DNA from: Selaginella moellendorffii
Taxonomy: Eukaryota > Plantae > Lycopodiophyta
Assembly (NCBI RefSeq): GCF_000143415.4
Contig: NW_003314342.1
Location: 395,569 to 459,568 of the forward strand
Length of the DNA: 64,000 bases
Direction of reading: 5' to 3'
Translations under genes and position numbers: made by a program
The notes under the pieces: generated by a model
Told to the model about the DNA's origin: nothing
Databases searched by the model: none
The model's input: the letters and a program-made list of their open reading frames with translations, nothing else
Shown here: piece after piece, positions 24,293 to 36,238 of the stretch
How positions within the stretch are numbered: position 1 is the first letter of the stretch
Layout of the letters: every line of letters starts with the position of its first letter

Positions 24293-26715
24293 TTAACGGA
24301 CGAGATCTTGCATTACTTTGCGCTTCTTTTCTATTGGCTCCTTTGGGAAGCTCCAGCCCGCAAACTCTTCATTGTTGGAAAACAATGCGTTTGGGACAAC
24401 CTTGTAATAAGCTAGAGGAACTTGCTTTAATCTTCTCTTTGTCTGAAAAACCTTCATTAGCCACGAAAAAAAGCTACGCGCGAACACACAAAACTTACCT
24501 CCTCGTTGAAGATAGTAGAGTAGGATCCAGAACAAAAATCGGTGATTTGAACTTCCGTGGTCTTACTCTTGACGGTAAGATCAGCTTCCAGCGTGCTCAC
24601 AAATCTGGAAAAACGCTAGAGTTTGGCAGTTCTTTCGTTAAAGGACACTTCGTTACCTTGACACAGCAGGGCAGTAATGCCTTCGAAGTGTTTCTATTTC
24701 CCACAACGAACTCTCTGCAAACACAGAAAAGAAATGTAAAGCAATCACGAGAAAAAAGAAGAGCATTACCCAGAGCGCGGCAATTAGATGTCTTTTCGTT
24801 CGCAAGGTAGGGATCTCTTCCAAGCTTTGCGTCCGAGACATCTTCTTCACCTTTACTAGCAACTCGCAAACGAGAACTCTACAACGTGAGCGATCGAATG
24901 GTTAGTCTAAACTTTAAGCTGGAGTTAATACCTGATGAACAAAGCAATTTATCGAAGGATGCCGCCGAAGAAGATTGTGAACCATAGCTATCACCACTAG
25001 TGATCCTGCTGGCGATGCATGTAGTGACAAGCGACTTAATTTCTTGACAAACGCCGCGGCTAGATAAGCTGGCAAGAGTGGAGACTTCAAGCAGCTATCC
25101 ATCAACTGCAAGAATCTATAAACATTCCGTCGACGATAAGGATACTTTACGCGACATACCTCAAAAAATCGAGACCGGTACTTTGTGAAAAACATTGATG
25201 GCTCCAACAATGCGTACAGCTTCTCATAAAACTCAGGATACTCCAGTCCATACTTTGTCATCAGAATATGCAGGCTGTCTAAAGCCAAAACGCTGTAAAC
25301 CCCACCAAGATAATACCACTTGGTAAGAAAGTCACTGAGACAAACCGAGTTAGTCGATGTAGAAAAAAATAAAGTAAAATAGCATGGGGAAACCTGAGAC
25401 GTATTGGATTCGAAATTATAGAGAAAACGACCTTGGACATGTTAGCAAGCACCTGCAGCGAAAAGAAACTTTGTTCAAGGGAAGAAAAACTAGCAGCACG
25501 CACCATCTTATAGAAGTCAAGAGGTAGCGGAAGCTGTAAGAAATTTAACCACAGGTTTCTGACTTTAGATTTGAATCGATTGAAGGTAAACTGTCATAAT
25601 ACATACTGCTGATTAGTCCAAGGAAATTCTTCCAGAACTTGCTTCTTTATCCAAAGCGTTTTCAGTGATCTTCTTGTCTGGACAAACAAGCTCAGCCACG
25701 AAATCCAAGAAACAGTGTCCTTACGAGTGCTTAGAATTTCTTGAACGGAGGGCGAGAGACGTGAGATGACTCCATACACGTTACGGGTGAAGGTATCGAC
25801 ACTGCAAAAAGCTTCCTCAAGTAGCAACTTAATACGTTCACGCAACGCTACCTGACGCTCTTATCATCGTCGCTGGACAATGTAGCATCCACTCCTGACA
25901 ATTTATAGTGTCAGAGCTGCTACAGAGATACGAAACCTCTTTGGGACGTTTGAAGGCGAGCAGCCACAAGCTTCTCAAAGTTCTTCACAGTATAGAAGCT
26001 GAAGTAAAAGTTACTGTGTGGTTTCTAGCAAAATACTATGGGAAGCATACCAGAGAGTCGCATCCTTGCAGTGCTCAGTCGCAAACGCATCGAAAACAGT
26101 CTCACTCGATTTCCTTGTCAAAGCCGAGCAGAATTTGAAGTAGATTCCATTGTCCACACGACCATCCTTTGCTTGAAGCAACTCCATCAAAGAATCCAAA
26201 GCCGCATTCTACGTCCGAGAACAGCAGTTCTATGAAGAATGAAGAAGAAAAATACAACAGAGTGAAAACCTCGAGGCGATGTTCTTCGGTCCCAACCACG
26301 ATCGCAATGAGAAGCTCTATGAGCTCCTCAAACTTGTCCTTGAGCCAAGCTCTGTAGATCGCCTCGGCAGTCTCCGACGGTGCCGAGACATCACCGTCGC
26401 TCTGCGGCTTCCCTAGAACGCCCTGGGACGAGAGAATGGGCAGAAAGATCGAGCACACATTCCACAGACGAGGACGATCCAGCGCCGCGCTTGCAAAATG
26501 CGGAGACGATCGACAGGAGCGTGGAGCAATTGTTGACATTGGCCCTGGAGACGAGGAGCGCGCCCTCACCTCCTCCACTTTCATCAGGGAAGGCAAAAAC
26601 CCTAACTGGGGTTTATGAAAGATAGATGGCGGTGAGGAGGTAAAAGCAGAAGCCTTATGAGGAGGTAAAATCTTCAAAACTTTTCTTCTTTAGTTTTTCT
26701 TCGTTCGGAAGCCAT
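24293..26715 (-). CDS. NOC4: Nucleolar complex protein 4 (CBF/Mak21 domain), multi-exon
   Basis: [62 protein letters not shown]. Confidence 0.9.
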
Positions 26716-26742
26716 GAATCCAAGTTCTTTTACTTGTCGCAG

Positions 26743-27173
26743 GCGTTTGAGGCTCTGTTCAATGCGCTGGATCGCTGCGAGGATATCCTCTCAAAGCAGA
26801 GGTATCTGTGCGGAAACGTTTTCACCGAGGCAGATCTCCGGCTCTTCAAGACGCTGATAAGATTCGACGAAGTAAGCTCTGGGGTGTTTTTTTTCTTGCT
26901 TTCTCTCGAAGTTTTATTCAGATTCATTACCTATGCCAGGTTTATGTTGTTCATGTCAAGTGCAACAAGAAGCTGATCCGTGAGTACCCAAACCTCTTCA
27001 ACTTCGTCAAGGACGTGTACCAGATGGATGGGATCTCGGACACCGTCCGCATGGACCACATCAAAAAGCACTACTACGGAAGTCATCCCTCCATCAATCC
27101 GTATGGCGTCATCCCTGTTGGAAGCGTCATCGACTACTCCACTCCACACGACCGCCACAAGTTCAACACATGA
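26743..27173 (+). pseudogene. Last two exons only (26743-26871, 26940-27173) of a glutathionyl-hydroquinone reductase (GST Xi / YqjG / ECM4)
   Basis: [66 protein letters not shown]. It begins at a splice acceptor 27 nt from the NOC4 start codon. Confidence 0.9.
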
Positions 27174-27950
27174 GTTTTAGATTCCCAGTTATAATTGTCA
27201 CCTTCGATAATATATTATTCGTTTCTCATTTCTGCTTTCTCTCTTTTGCTTTTTACGCTTTCACGATGCAGTGTCCTAAGGATCAACCAATGCCAGATCC
27301 CATGCAAGTGGATGTGCAACTAGCCAACCAGATGTACTTCAGCAATCTTCAACATCTTTGTGATGGTCTTCTGAGATCTTGGAGATAATATGAACCATTG
27401 GTTTTGATTCCTTTCACTCTTGTAATCAGTCTTGTAGATTCTTGAATTAATCTTCAATTATTACATGCTTTCAAGGCATTAAACCACAATGTAAGTGATA
27501 CAAGTTGATTTGCTTGTCACTCTTGGTCCCTCTAGTCTTGCAGCATTATGCAATTGTTTCTTATGTTGATGTATTTGTCACAAAATCAAATTTTTATATC
27601 ACAAGAAAGTTGAGCTTGATACATTATTTAGCACAAAAGGCACCCAAATAAAGAAAAGCCTTTACCAAAAGGGGTATTAGATCATTAAAACCTTTTCTTT
27701 TTTAGAGAATATACTAAAAAGGATATTAAAGAGAATTTAGCTAGATGGAATGCAATGTTGAAGAATAAAATTAAAGTGTTACGATTATATAGGAGATATA
27801 TTATACTACATATGAAAAAATTATATTTAAAATTTATTATAAAAATGTAAAATTGATAATTTTATTATTTATAATTATTATTAAATTATTTAATGCCTGC
27901 TTGTTTTCTTTAAATATTCTAGGTTTTCTTTTGGGTTGTGTGCAAGGAAA

Positions 27951-28784
27951 ATGGCTGTGGGCTTTCAAAACCAAGGGAATTCTTGTTCAGCCAACAGTGC
28001 TTTACAGTGCGTTGCTCACACGCCGGAGCTCTCTAGCTTAATCGAGTTTAGGAAAGTGGTGAGGGCGATTTGGAATAACGCAAGCAAGTCTGTAAAACCA
28101 GGGCCAAAGCTGACAAATCCGAGCGTCCAGCAGGACGCACAGGAGTATCTCGATTTTCTTTTGGGTGCCCTGGATCAAGAATTCAAGAAGCAAGATAATC
28201 CTCCTAAAGGAAAAAAGGTGCGACCAGAGCTCCCCTCTCCAGTCGCAGATTTCTTCGAGGACCAAACCAAATCCACAGTGAAATGCCCCAAGTGCTCCAA
28301 CATGGTCTCCTCCACGCCTGAATCTTTCACCTCTCTCTCGCTGCCAGTCCATGAGACGGCGCAGCCGGTTTCTCTGGAATCATGCATCCGGGAGTACACC
28401 AAAGACGATGTTTTGGACTCCTGGCACTGCCCAAAGTGCAAGAGAAACCAAAAGGACGCTGTCAAGAAACTGGAGCTTGGGAAGCTCCCACGGAATTTGA
28501 TCCTCCATTTGGCAAGGTTTAAGTGCGATTCTTCGGGGAGTGTGGAGAAGATCGACACCACGGTGGAGTTTCCACAGATTTCGACACTTTGGGAACAGGA
28601 GTACAAACTGTATGGATTGATTAACCATATGGGAGACTCCGACTATGGGCACTACACGGCAACCATCAAACTTCCAAATGGAAAGTGGTACAGCTTTGAC
28701 GACGAGGTGGTGGAAGAGATTTTTGAGCCATCGAGGTGCTCGAGCGATGCATACATTTTGTTCTATCACAAAACAAGTGTGTGA
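27951..28784 (+). CDS. Intronless minimal ubiquitin-specific protease (peptidase C19)
   Basis: Cys box GFQNQGNSCSANSALQC, QQDAQEY, two CPKC zinc-ribbon pairs, LPRNLILHLARF, His box GLINHMG..GHYTA, WYSFDD, AYILFY. Confidence 0.9.
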   Translation: MAVGFQNQGNSCSANSALQCVAHTPELSSLIEFRKVVRAIWNNASKSVKPGPKLTNPSVQQDAQEYLDFLLGALDQEFKKQDNPPKGKKVRPELPSPVADFFEDQTKSTVKCPKCSNMVSSTPESFTSLSLPVHETAQPVSLESCIREYTKDDVLDSWHCPKCKRNQKDAVKKLELGKLPRNLILHLARFKCDSSGSVEKIDTTVEFPQISTLWEQEYKLYGLINHMGDSDYGHYTATIKLPNGKWYSFDDEVVEEIFEPSRCSSDAYILFYHKTSV

Positions 28785-28800
28785 GAATTACAGTACATAT

Positions 28801-30312
28801 TTACACGATATCTTGGCTTGCGTCTTCTTGTCGCGCTGCTCTTGTTCTACAGCTCCAACATTCCAGGAGGAGAGCATTCACGATCATGGACAATCCGAAT
28901 CCCGCAAAACCGGCCAGCGAAATCGACAAGATTGGGTTCAACTTCATCTGGATCATGGATTGAAATAAGAGCTAAAAAAGTTTTAAGAGAGTGATCTTAC
29001 CCAACTGTAGAAAACATGCGCAAATCGTATGACAAAACCGACCTGAAAGATGGCAAAGAGCCACATACAACGCCGCCTCACTGTGCGTCGAAAGAATCTA
29101 TTGTTACAAACAGGAGCTCGAGAGAAAGAGAGAGAAACGAAATCTTACCAAGCGTTGATGCTGTGATGGCAGTGAGCATTCCAAACATGACGGCGAATGG
29201 CAGAGCTAGCATCAATGCTCGAGGGCCCTTTCGTCTCACTTGTAGTAGGCAACAAAGAAATCCATCCAAGAACTTCGCAAATCAATCGAAATCATCAGAG
29301 AATTATCACCAGTAGCTGCTCGAGGAGGCAAAAGTACGTGAGCATGCTGATCATGACGAGCACGGGAACGTCATGCCAAATCCTGGAAGAACACCATGGA
29401 ATCTACAAAACTATAGAGCGAGATGGACGAATCTACCTGTTGAGAGCACTCATTTGCGCCATTTGAGCTTGCTGGAGAACTTGAGTTTCAGCGTTGATAT
29501 TGTTTTGGTTTTGCTGGAGCCTGACGAGCGTGACGGGGAGATTGACGACCTCCTGGCCACAAACATCGCACTCGCGGTTGCCTCGAATCCCAAACCACTT
29601 GAGAGCGCACTCCTCGTGAGCCAGCGCCAGCTTCCATTTGCAGCTACACTCGAGCTTGAGCGTCTTGCCCTCCTCGCCCAGATCGCACAGGCAAATGCGG
29701 CACACTGCTTCCTCCTCGGGGATCTCCTCGTCCTCGCCGTCTAAAAGTTTTGAAACTTTCAGATCATGGAACCATGGTCTCCATGAACTTGATCATAGGA
29801 AGCTTACGTACCTTGGGTGTCGTTGGCATGGTCAGTGTCTTGGGCTCCATCGTCTGCTTGTGAAGTTTCCCGGGGACAAGGACGAGGAGTGGTCGGCTTG
29901 ACGAGAAACGTTCCGGAGTAAAGCCGGGTGAGCTTCTTCTCCTTTTGGTGACCATCGAGCGCCGACTTGGAGCGTTTGATCTGCTTGCCCTGCGAAGACG
30001 AGATGACAAAGTTGACGATGAAAGAAAGAAAGAAAAGTTCTACCTTTGATGACGAGATCAAATTTTCTCTGATGCATCTGGACTCACTGCCCCGGCCCCT
30101 GTCGACGAAGAAAACGACGGAGACGCGGACGAAGAAGACGATAGCGTGAATCGCAATGGAAGAGACACTATTCTTGCGGAGCGGGGCGTGAGGAGCCGCA
30201 TGAGCGAGAAGTTTGATCGGGGTGTTGCTGCTCCTGGCGTGTTGGAGATGGATGGCGGTGGCGACGGCTGCGGCGGAAGACCATTGACGCAGGAGTCAGC
30301 TAAGCTATCACC
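28801..30312 (-). pseudogene. RING-CH (RINGv/MARCH-type) membrane E3 ligase lacking its 5' exons
   Basis: [26 protein letters not shown] plus TM exons (WHDVPVLVMISMLTYFCLLEQL). It starts at an acceptor with no ATG exon, has CKWKL where CKGEL is expected, and has a probable frameshift near 30060-30110. Confidence 0.75.
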
Positions 30313-30334
30313 TGAAAGAGATAAACAAGCCAAC

Positions 30335-31249
30335 CTTGTGACAAGTAGATATAAAACCACGGGAACGGCCGTAAAGCCTCGTTGGAGAGCAGCAAAATTG
30401 AGAAGCGATGGTGCCAAGTGACCAGCCATTTTGTCAAGGCTGCAAAGAAAATGGAGCTGAGAAGCCATAAATGAATCTCAAAAAAAACGAACCTGTTACT
30501 TATGCTCAGTAACGCTGCAACACCCAGCATGAGGAGCGTCCCCTCTTCCCTTTTGCAAACTTTAGAACAGGAAAAGCAAAAAAAAAAGAGAGAGAAAATC
30601 TTTACCATTGAATCTGTGGCCACCAGGAAGAATTCCCTCCAGGAATCGCCACCGGAGGGGAGTTGTTCTCACTGAGATCCAGCACGACACCATCGCCATC
30701 GGTGGAAAACTTTGGGACCTTGTCACAAGCCTTGGACGAGTTCCAAGGAAGCAAAGGAAGAACCGAGACGATCTTGCCCGGGGGCTCGTCGGATTTCTTC
30801 ACCTCCACCTCCGCCGGGTGATCCAGCGCGAGGAAGTAGCCGCCGAGAGTGACCACCACGATTCCCATGAGCCCCTGCGAGCTCGGGAGCTCGTTGATGA
30901 TCACATAGCTCGTAAAAACCAGAAGAACTGGAGTGAAAGCTAGATAAGGAACAGTGACCGAGAGAGGGGAGACGTGGAGAGCACGCTGGTACATGAACCC
31001 CACCAGAGCCTTGATCGCCGCGGTGACGAGGAGCGCGGCGACGTACTCGGTGTCCAGCCGCGTCAAAGAGAAGAGATCGAAGCCGCCGGAGAGGAGCGCC
31101 ATGGAGGAGAGGAGCAGCGCGTCCAGGAGAGCCACCAGAGCTACGAGCTCGCGGTCCGAGAAGCGCTGGGACGCCCATTTCCTGCTGGCATCGATGCAGC
31201 TGTGGCCGATCGCGGCGCCCGCGGCGTACGCGAATCCTGCCCAGATCAT
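30335..31249 (-). pseudogene. EamA/DMT-family transporter lacking its 3' exons
   Basis: Multi-TM ORF with YQRALHVSPLSVTVPYLAFTPV..NELPSSQGLMGI. The second EamA repeat breaks off after LDKMAG..VVLYLLVT. Confidence 0.75.
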
Positions 31250-31578
31250 TTCTCTGCTCTTCTCCGGAGCGAGCGATCGATCGATCGATCGATCGCTAGG
31301 ACGATCGCTGCATTGTCGGCGAGGGCGCGATTGGTGCCACCAGAATACCTGCTCGGTTGACAATCACAGCATCGCGGCTCCTCTGCCTCCGGGGACGACC
31401 TTATGGAGACCTAATTCGCCCTAATTTCTTTTTTTCTCTCTTTCACAAGGGATGGGTGAGTCTTTTTTCATGAAAAACTCTTCACCGAATAACAAATAAT
31501 GTAATGAACTTGTTCCAAAAACAAAATTACTTCTATTCACTAATGCTTTTCATTTATCATCCATTTTTTGCTGATTGA

Positions 31579-32595
31579 TCAGCATTTAAGAGTTTGAGCA
31601 CCTCCAAAACCAATGTGATTTGTGGTGAATGTGAGATTGTCTTGATTTCGAATTTTACGCACTTCGTCCTTCCATACAAGCATTGCTTGTTTCTTTTCTG
31701 TCATAGATGCTTCCTCAATTTCCCGCTCCAACTCCATGGCGAAATCATTCTCCTCATCTACTACTGGGATGGGAAATTCTTCCTCCATTTGCCGCACCAG
31801 CTCCATGGCAAAATTGTTTTGCTCCTCGCCCAAATCGAATCGGGTGCCCTGGCCCTGTGGGTTGCTGAACTCCCCGCTGAACTCCTCAAGACCCAGTAGT
31901 AAATCTAGATCATCACCTTCATCGACATTGAAATCCTTGAGAAAGTTCTTCTCCTCGTCCTCCACGGAAGGACCCTTGTCCTCCAAATCCATTTTACACC
32001 ACAATTTCTCAACCTCCTGGAAGATCTCCTCGTCTTGCACGTATCCCTCGAGGTCACAGGCGTTGACTGGCAACGACTGATCCCGGACCACGAGTTGACT
32101 AGGGCATTGACCTGTAGTGCTTGGTGATGGCCTCGGCGTTCTCCTCGAAGCTCCGGGACTTGCCCTGCGCGGGGATGCACAACCGCGACTCCCACTGGTT
32201 GCGGCCGATGGAATCATCGACGAAGGCAACATCTCGCGAGGAAGACACTGCCCCCTTGACTTGTTCTGCTGCTGCTCCTTCTTGGGTCTCTTCCTTGGAC
32301 GACCGCCATCTTCTTTCTTGGCTCGTTTCGCTCGTATTGTGCCACCCAGGGTGAAGTGCCGTTTGCACACCGTGCACTTGTAGCGCGGCTGGATCAGCAT
32401 GTGGTTTTCGAAGTAATCAAACTTGGTGAGTGCCGAGCTATCGCAGCCGTGTGGGCAGAGTGGGTGCTGCTGTCGCAAGAAGGCCATGAGCTCCCCCACG
32501 CTCCCAAACGTAACAAAAGCCTGCTGTGATGTCTGTGAACCAAAGACTGGGTAGTTTTGGAGATGATGGATGTCCTTGACTAGCACGTCTCTCAT
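31579..32595 (-). CDS. Divergent Dof-type zinc-finger protein, intronless
   Basis: CPHGCDS..TKFDYFEN..QPRYKCTVCKRHFTLGGTIR aligns to the Dof consensus. Followed by an NLS (RPRKRPKK) and an acidic C-terminus. Confidence 0.8.
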   Translation of the reverse strand: MRDVLVKDIHHLQNYPVFGSQTSQQAFVTFGSVGELMAFLRQQHPLCPHGCDSSALTKFDYFENHMLIQPRYKCTVCKRHFTLGGTIRAKRAKKEDGGRPRKRPKKEQQQNKSRGQCLPREMLPSSMIPSAATSGSRGCASPRRASPGASRRTPRPSPSTTGQCPSQLVVRDQSLPVNACDLEGYVQDEEIFQEVEKLWCKMDLEDKGPSVEDEEKNFLKDFNVDEGDDLDLLLGLEEFSGEFSNPQGQGTRFDLGEEQNNFAMELVRQMEEEFPIPVVDEENDFAMELEREIEEASMTEKKQAMLVWKDEVRKIRNQDNLTFTTNHIGFGGAQTLKC

Positions 32596-32649
32596 TTCTC
32601 TCTTCTTACTGACTTACCAAATAATCTAGGTATGCTGTTAAGGGCGATG

Positions 32650-32722
32650 AAAATATACTTTACATTTAAACAAATATTCTGATACGGTACCAGAATATTT
32701 GTTGGAATGTAAAGTATATTTT
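32650..32722. repeat. 73-nt near-perfect palindrome with 36-nt arms
   Basis: Left arm aaaatatactttacatttaaacaaatattctgatac vs reverse complement of right arm aaaatatactttacattccaacaaatattctggtac: 3 mismatches. Confidence 0.9.
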
Positions 32723-33391
32723 ATGAGTAAAATCTGCGCAAGGCCTCATGGCAATGCACAATCCATGAGGCATTCTGTTTTAACTTAAACTTCTCTGAAA
32801 AACTTTTTAAGGCTTTAGTACGGAATGATGACTCCGAGACTTTAGGCCACTTAATCCATGTCACTAGCCCACTACAAGATTATCTGCTGGATCAGATTTC
32901 CTGCTGATCCATATTACAACAAGGGCAAAATCTATTTTGTTTTTGTCGTGCAGGCTAGCACAAATTCGTGCTGGGCGGAGCAGCAAGAGCAAGCTGGTTG
33001 TGGCGAAATTCAGCTTAAACCAAAAGAGGTGGATTCCTGAGAGATGAGGAGAGGTGAAACTTTCAGTGACTGGCAAGAGGTGACCTTTTCGTCTGGTTTA
33101 AACCAAAACTAATCTATTGTTTATTCAAACCTTTATGGAGGTAAGACTCTTTAATATTTTAGAAACTTTTTCAAATGTAAAGTAAAAGTCATGGCATATT
33201 TATTTTCTACCTTATACATTGTGGTGAAAATATGCTTTACTAGAACGACGTTTTCTCTTTTTTCTCTTTAGGAGCGAGAAACGTTATTCCTTTAAACTAG
33301 CAAGGCGATGGCGGCAAGCATTCTAATTCCCTTTCAGAAGAATTCCCAAAAGAGGGAAAATCCTGCATTTCTGGGATGAACAAGCTGACAG

Positions 33392-33984
33392 CTAGAAGCT
33401 CCTCGTCCAAAACTCGCTAAAAAACCTCTGAACCATGGCTCGAAAGACGGGGCAATTGAGCAGCATATAGTAGCCCAGAAATTCCTCCAAGTCCACCAAA
33501 TCATCAAAGCTGTCCGCTACAACCATCTCCACCACTTCGTCCCACCTCGATTTGAGCTTCATAGCCTCACTGCGCTGCACGCCAGGATGCGGTGACAAAA
33601 TCTCCTTGCCTTTGCCATGCCCAAGGTTCTCCGCATCATTCTTGAACGAGAAGCTGCTGGACGAAGCCTGAGAGTCCTCTAAGTTGCGGTGGACGACTTC
33701 CTGGCGATCTAAAGCTTCCGTGCAGCTATCACTGTTCTTGAGTTTGCTGTGCTTCCCGACTTCTTGAGCTTTTGCTTCTGCTGCTGCCTGTATGCAAAGC
33801 TCGCTGTCCAACTGATCCTGTGCTTGTTGCTGCTGCTCTTCACCAGCACCCCACGAGTTGACGACCTTCTACCGATGAGTTTCATCCGCTTCAAGAGATT
33901 CTTGCAAACGCTCCGGAACTTAATGCACCAAGGAAAAGAAACCACCCGTAGCGTCCCATCGGCAGCCGTCATTTCATGAACCAT
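33392..33984 (-). CDS. OVATE family protein-like gene, possibly frameshifted
   Basis: C-terminal VVEMVV..DLEEFLGYYMLLN..MVQRFFSEFW resembles the OVATE domain. The ATG-bearing ORF (33709-33984) is in a different frame from the domain ORF. Confidence 0.55.
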
Positions 33985-34292
33985 CCTCCTCTGCTACTGA
34001 CCAAGATGTTGATTCTTTCAGGAGAAACGTTTAAGTAGGTGGCCTGGCACCTCTGACTTCCCCCACTCCATTTTTTAGCTCACATCGTCGCATGAAAGAG
34101 GCCTACATGATCAGCTTCGTGCCGTCCACGCACATTGATCCGATGACGGTCCTGTGCATGGAAACAAGTCAGTGCTGTTGCCATTTATAATAGAACACTC
34201 ACCTGACGTTCAAACAAATGCTTCCAATTGTCAACATCTGACACGGTAAAAAAAACATAGGAAGAAAAAAAAACAGTGAAACTTATGGGTAG

Positions 34293-36068
34293 TCAAGCTG
34301 CTGCAGCTTTGAGCGACGCCAAAGCGCTCGCTTCGTGCTGCATCTTGAGCGCATTCACAAAAATTTCCAGACCAATCCCCTCCATAATTTGCTCAATCGC
34401 GTGTTGCGTCACTCCCACTCGACGATCAGTTACCCGACCTTGGGGAAAGTTATACGTTCTTATGCGCTCCGATCTGTCGCTTGAGCCGATCTGGAGTGAC
34501 AATTTATAAAAATGGAAAAAATAACGTTCTGCGACAATAAACTGAATTACCTGATCTTGTCGTAATTCAGACCGACTTGCCGCTGCTCGGGACCGCTCGA
34601 GCTCGTACAGCCTAGCATATAAAATACTCAAAGCTTTTGCTTTGTTCTATACAATCTCAGCTCAGTTGTAGCAAAGCACGCGTGTTGAAGGGCCTACCTT
34701 GTGTTGAGAGCGTTCGTCTTGGATTGCGACCACGATACCTGTTGGAGCGTGGGTAACTCGGACTGCGCTGCAGGTAGTATTTACATGCTGTCCACCGGCT
34801 CCACCAGCTCGGTAAGTGTCTATCTTTATCTCGTCATTACGGATCTCGACATCAATCTGTCAGCATAGTCAAACTTCAGCAACAGAAAAACGAGAAAAAG
34901 AAACATGTATCAATGGTCTATGCAAGTGCAAAGGTTTAGTAAACCTGGAGTGAACCTCATTCGCTTCGGGAAGAATAGCGACTGACGCAGTACTTGTGTG
35001 TATACGCCCAGCCTTCTCAGTGACAGGAACACGCTGCACACGGATGCATATAAAAAAATGAAACCACGGTAATTACTTTCGTACCTGGACGCGATGAACG
35101 CCACTTTCGAACTTAAGAGCTCCATAAACACCATCTCCAGATATTGCAGCACTAGCCTCCTATAAAAACAAGCTTAGATACGCCCGTGGAGAACCGGATA
35201 GTTACCTTGTAACATCGGGTGTCGGTGGTAGTAATGCTCAGAACTTCAAACCTCCATGAGTTGTTTGCAGCATATTTCTCATACCTGAGAGCATTCATAG
35301 AAATCTAATAAGCATTCGACATGAACCAGAAAGACGTGCCTACATCTTGAAGAGATCAGACGCAAAAATTGACGCTTCGTCACCTCCAGCTCCTAAAAAT
35401 TAGATAAAACATATCAAACATCAAGCACATCAGAGAGCACTTGCCTGCTCTGACTTCGAGAATACAACCTCTGCTATCAGCTTCATCCTTAGGAATAAGC
35501 TCCAGGAGAACATCGTGCTGAGCATCTCTCACTTCTCTGGTGGCCGTTTGAAGTTCTCCAGAGGCCAGCCTACGCATTTCTTCGTCTTCAACGGACTCTT
35601 TTACCAATTCTTTCAAGCCAATTACTTCCTGCATTCAACCAAAGAGTCTCTTTTTTCCAAACTTTAGACGTCAAACCTTTTCTTTGGCTCTCAGCGCCTT
35701 GATCATATCCACGGAGTAATCCAGATTGCGAAGCTCCTTGTTCATCTTGATGAGCTTTTCTGACGCAATCCCAGGCTGAAATCATTCACGATCGTATTTT
35801 CAAGGACGAAATCCGAATCTACACTTTACCTCTAGAAGCGCTTTGGAAAGACAAGCATGGCGGTCTTCAATAGAGCTCATTCTCTTCTCCAAAATTCGCA
35901 AAATATCGTCGGGAATGGGCGCATGCTTGTCTGGAGATAGAAAATCCATGTCTCCAATCCACCTACATTTCGCAAGAACATACCCATGAGCGTGGAATAC
36001 AAGCTCCTGCTTCCCAGATTCCACGCCGGGAGACGCCATCGCCATCGCCGGGCAGCTCCCAGCATCAT
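34293..36068 (-). CDS. prfA: Organellar (probably mitochondrial) peptide chain release factor 1, multi-exon
   Basis: [30 protein letters not shown] (PxT motif), [25 protein letters not shown]. One GC-AG intron with its donor near 35444. Confidence 0.92.
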
Positions 36069-36238
36069 AACCCTAAAAAACAGAGCCCAAAGTAATCCAA
36101 ATCGAAGTAGAAAAGAAATGCTTGCCACGTTGCGGGCAACAGGAAGTCAATCTGGCGGCTCTCTCCGTCGGGATCGCCAGAGGATCACTGAGATTTGCCG
36201 CTCAGATCCAGAAGAGGCGATTTGGAGCTGGACGAGCG

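Noticed and set aside
30312-30335. A genuine 23-nt micro-intron
   Set aside because: It is far shorter than the other introns here and is flanked by exons of two unrelated families, so a breakpoint explains it better.
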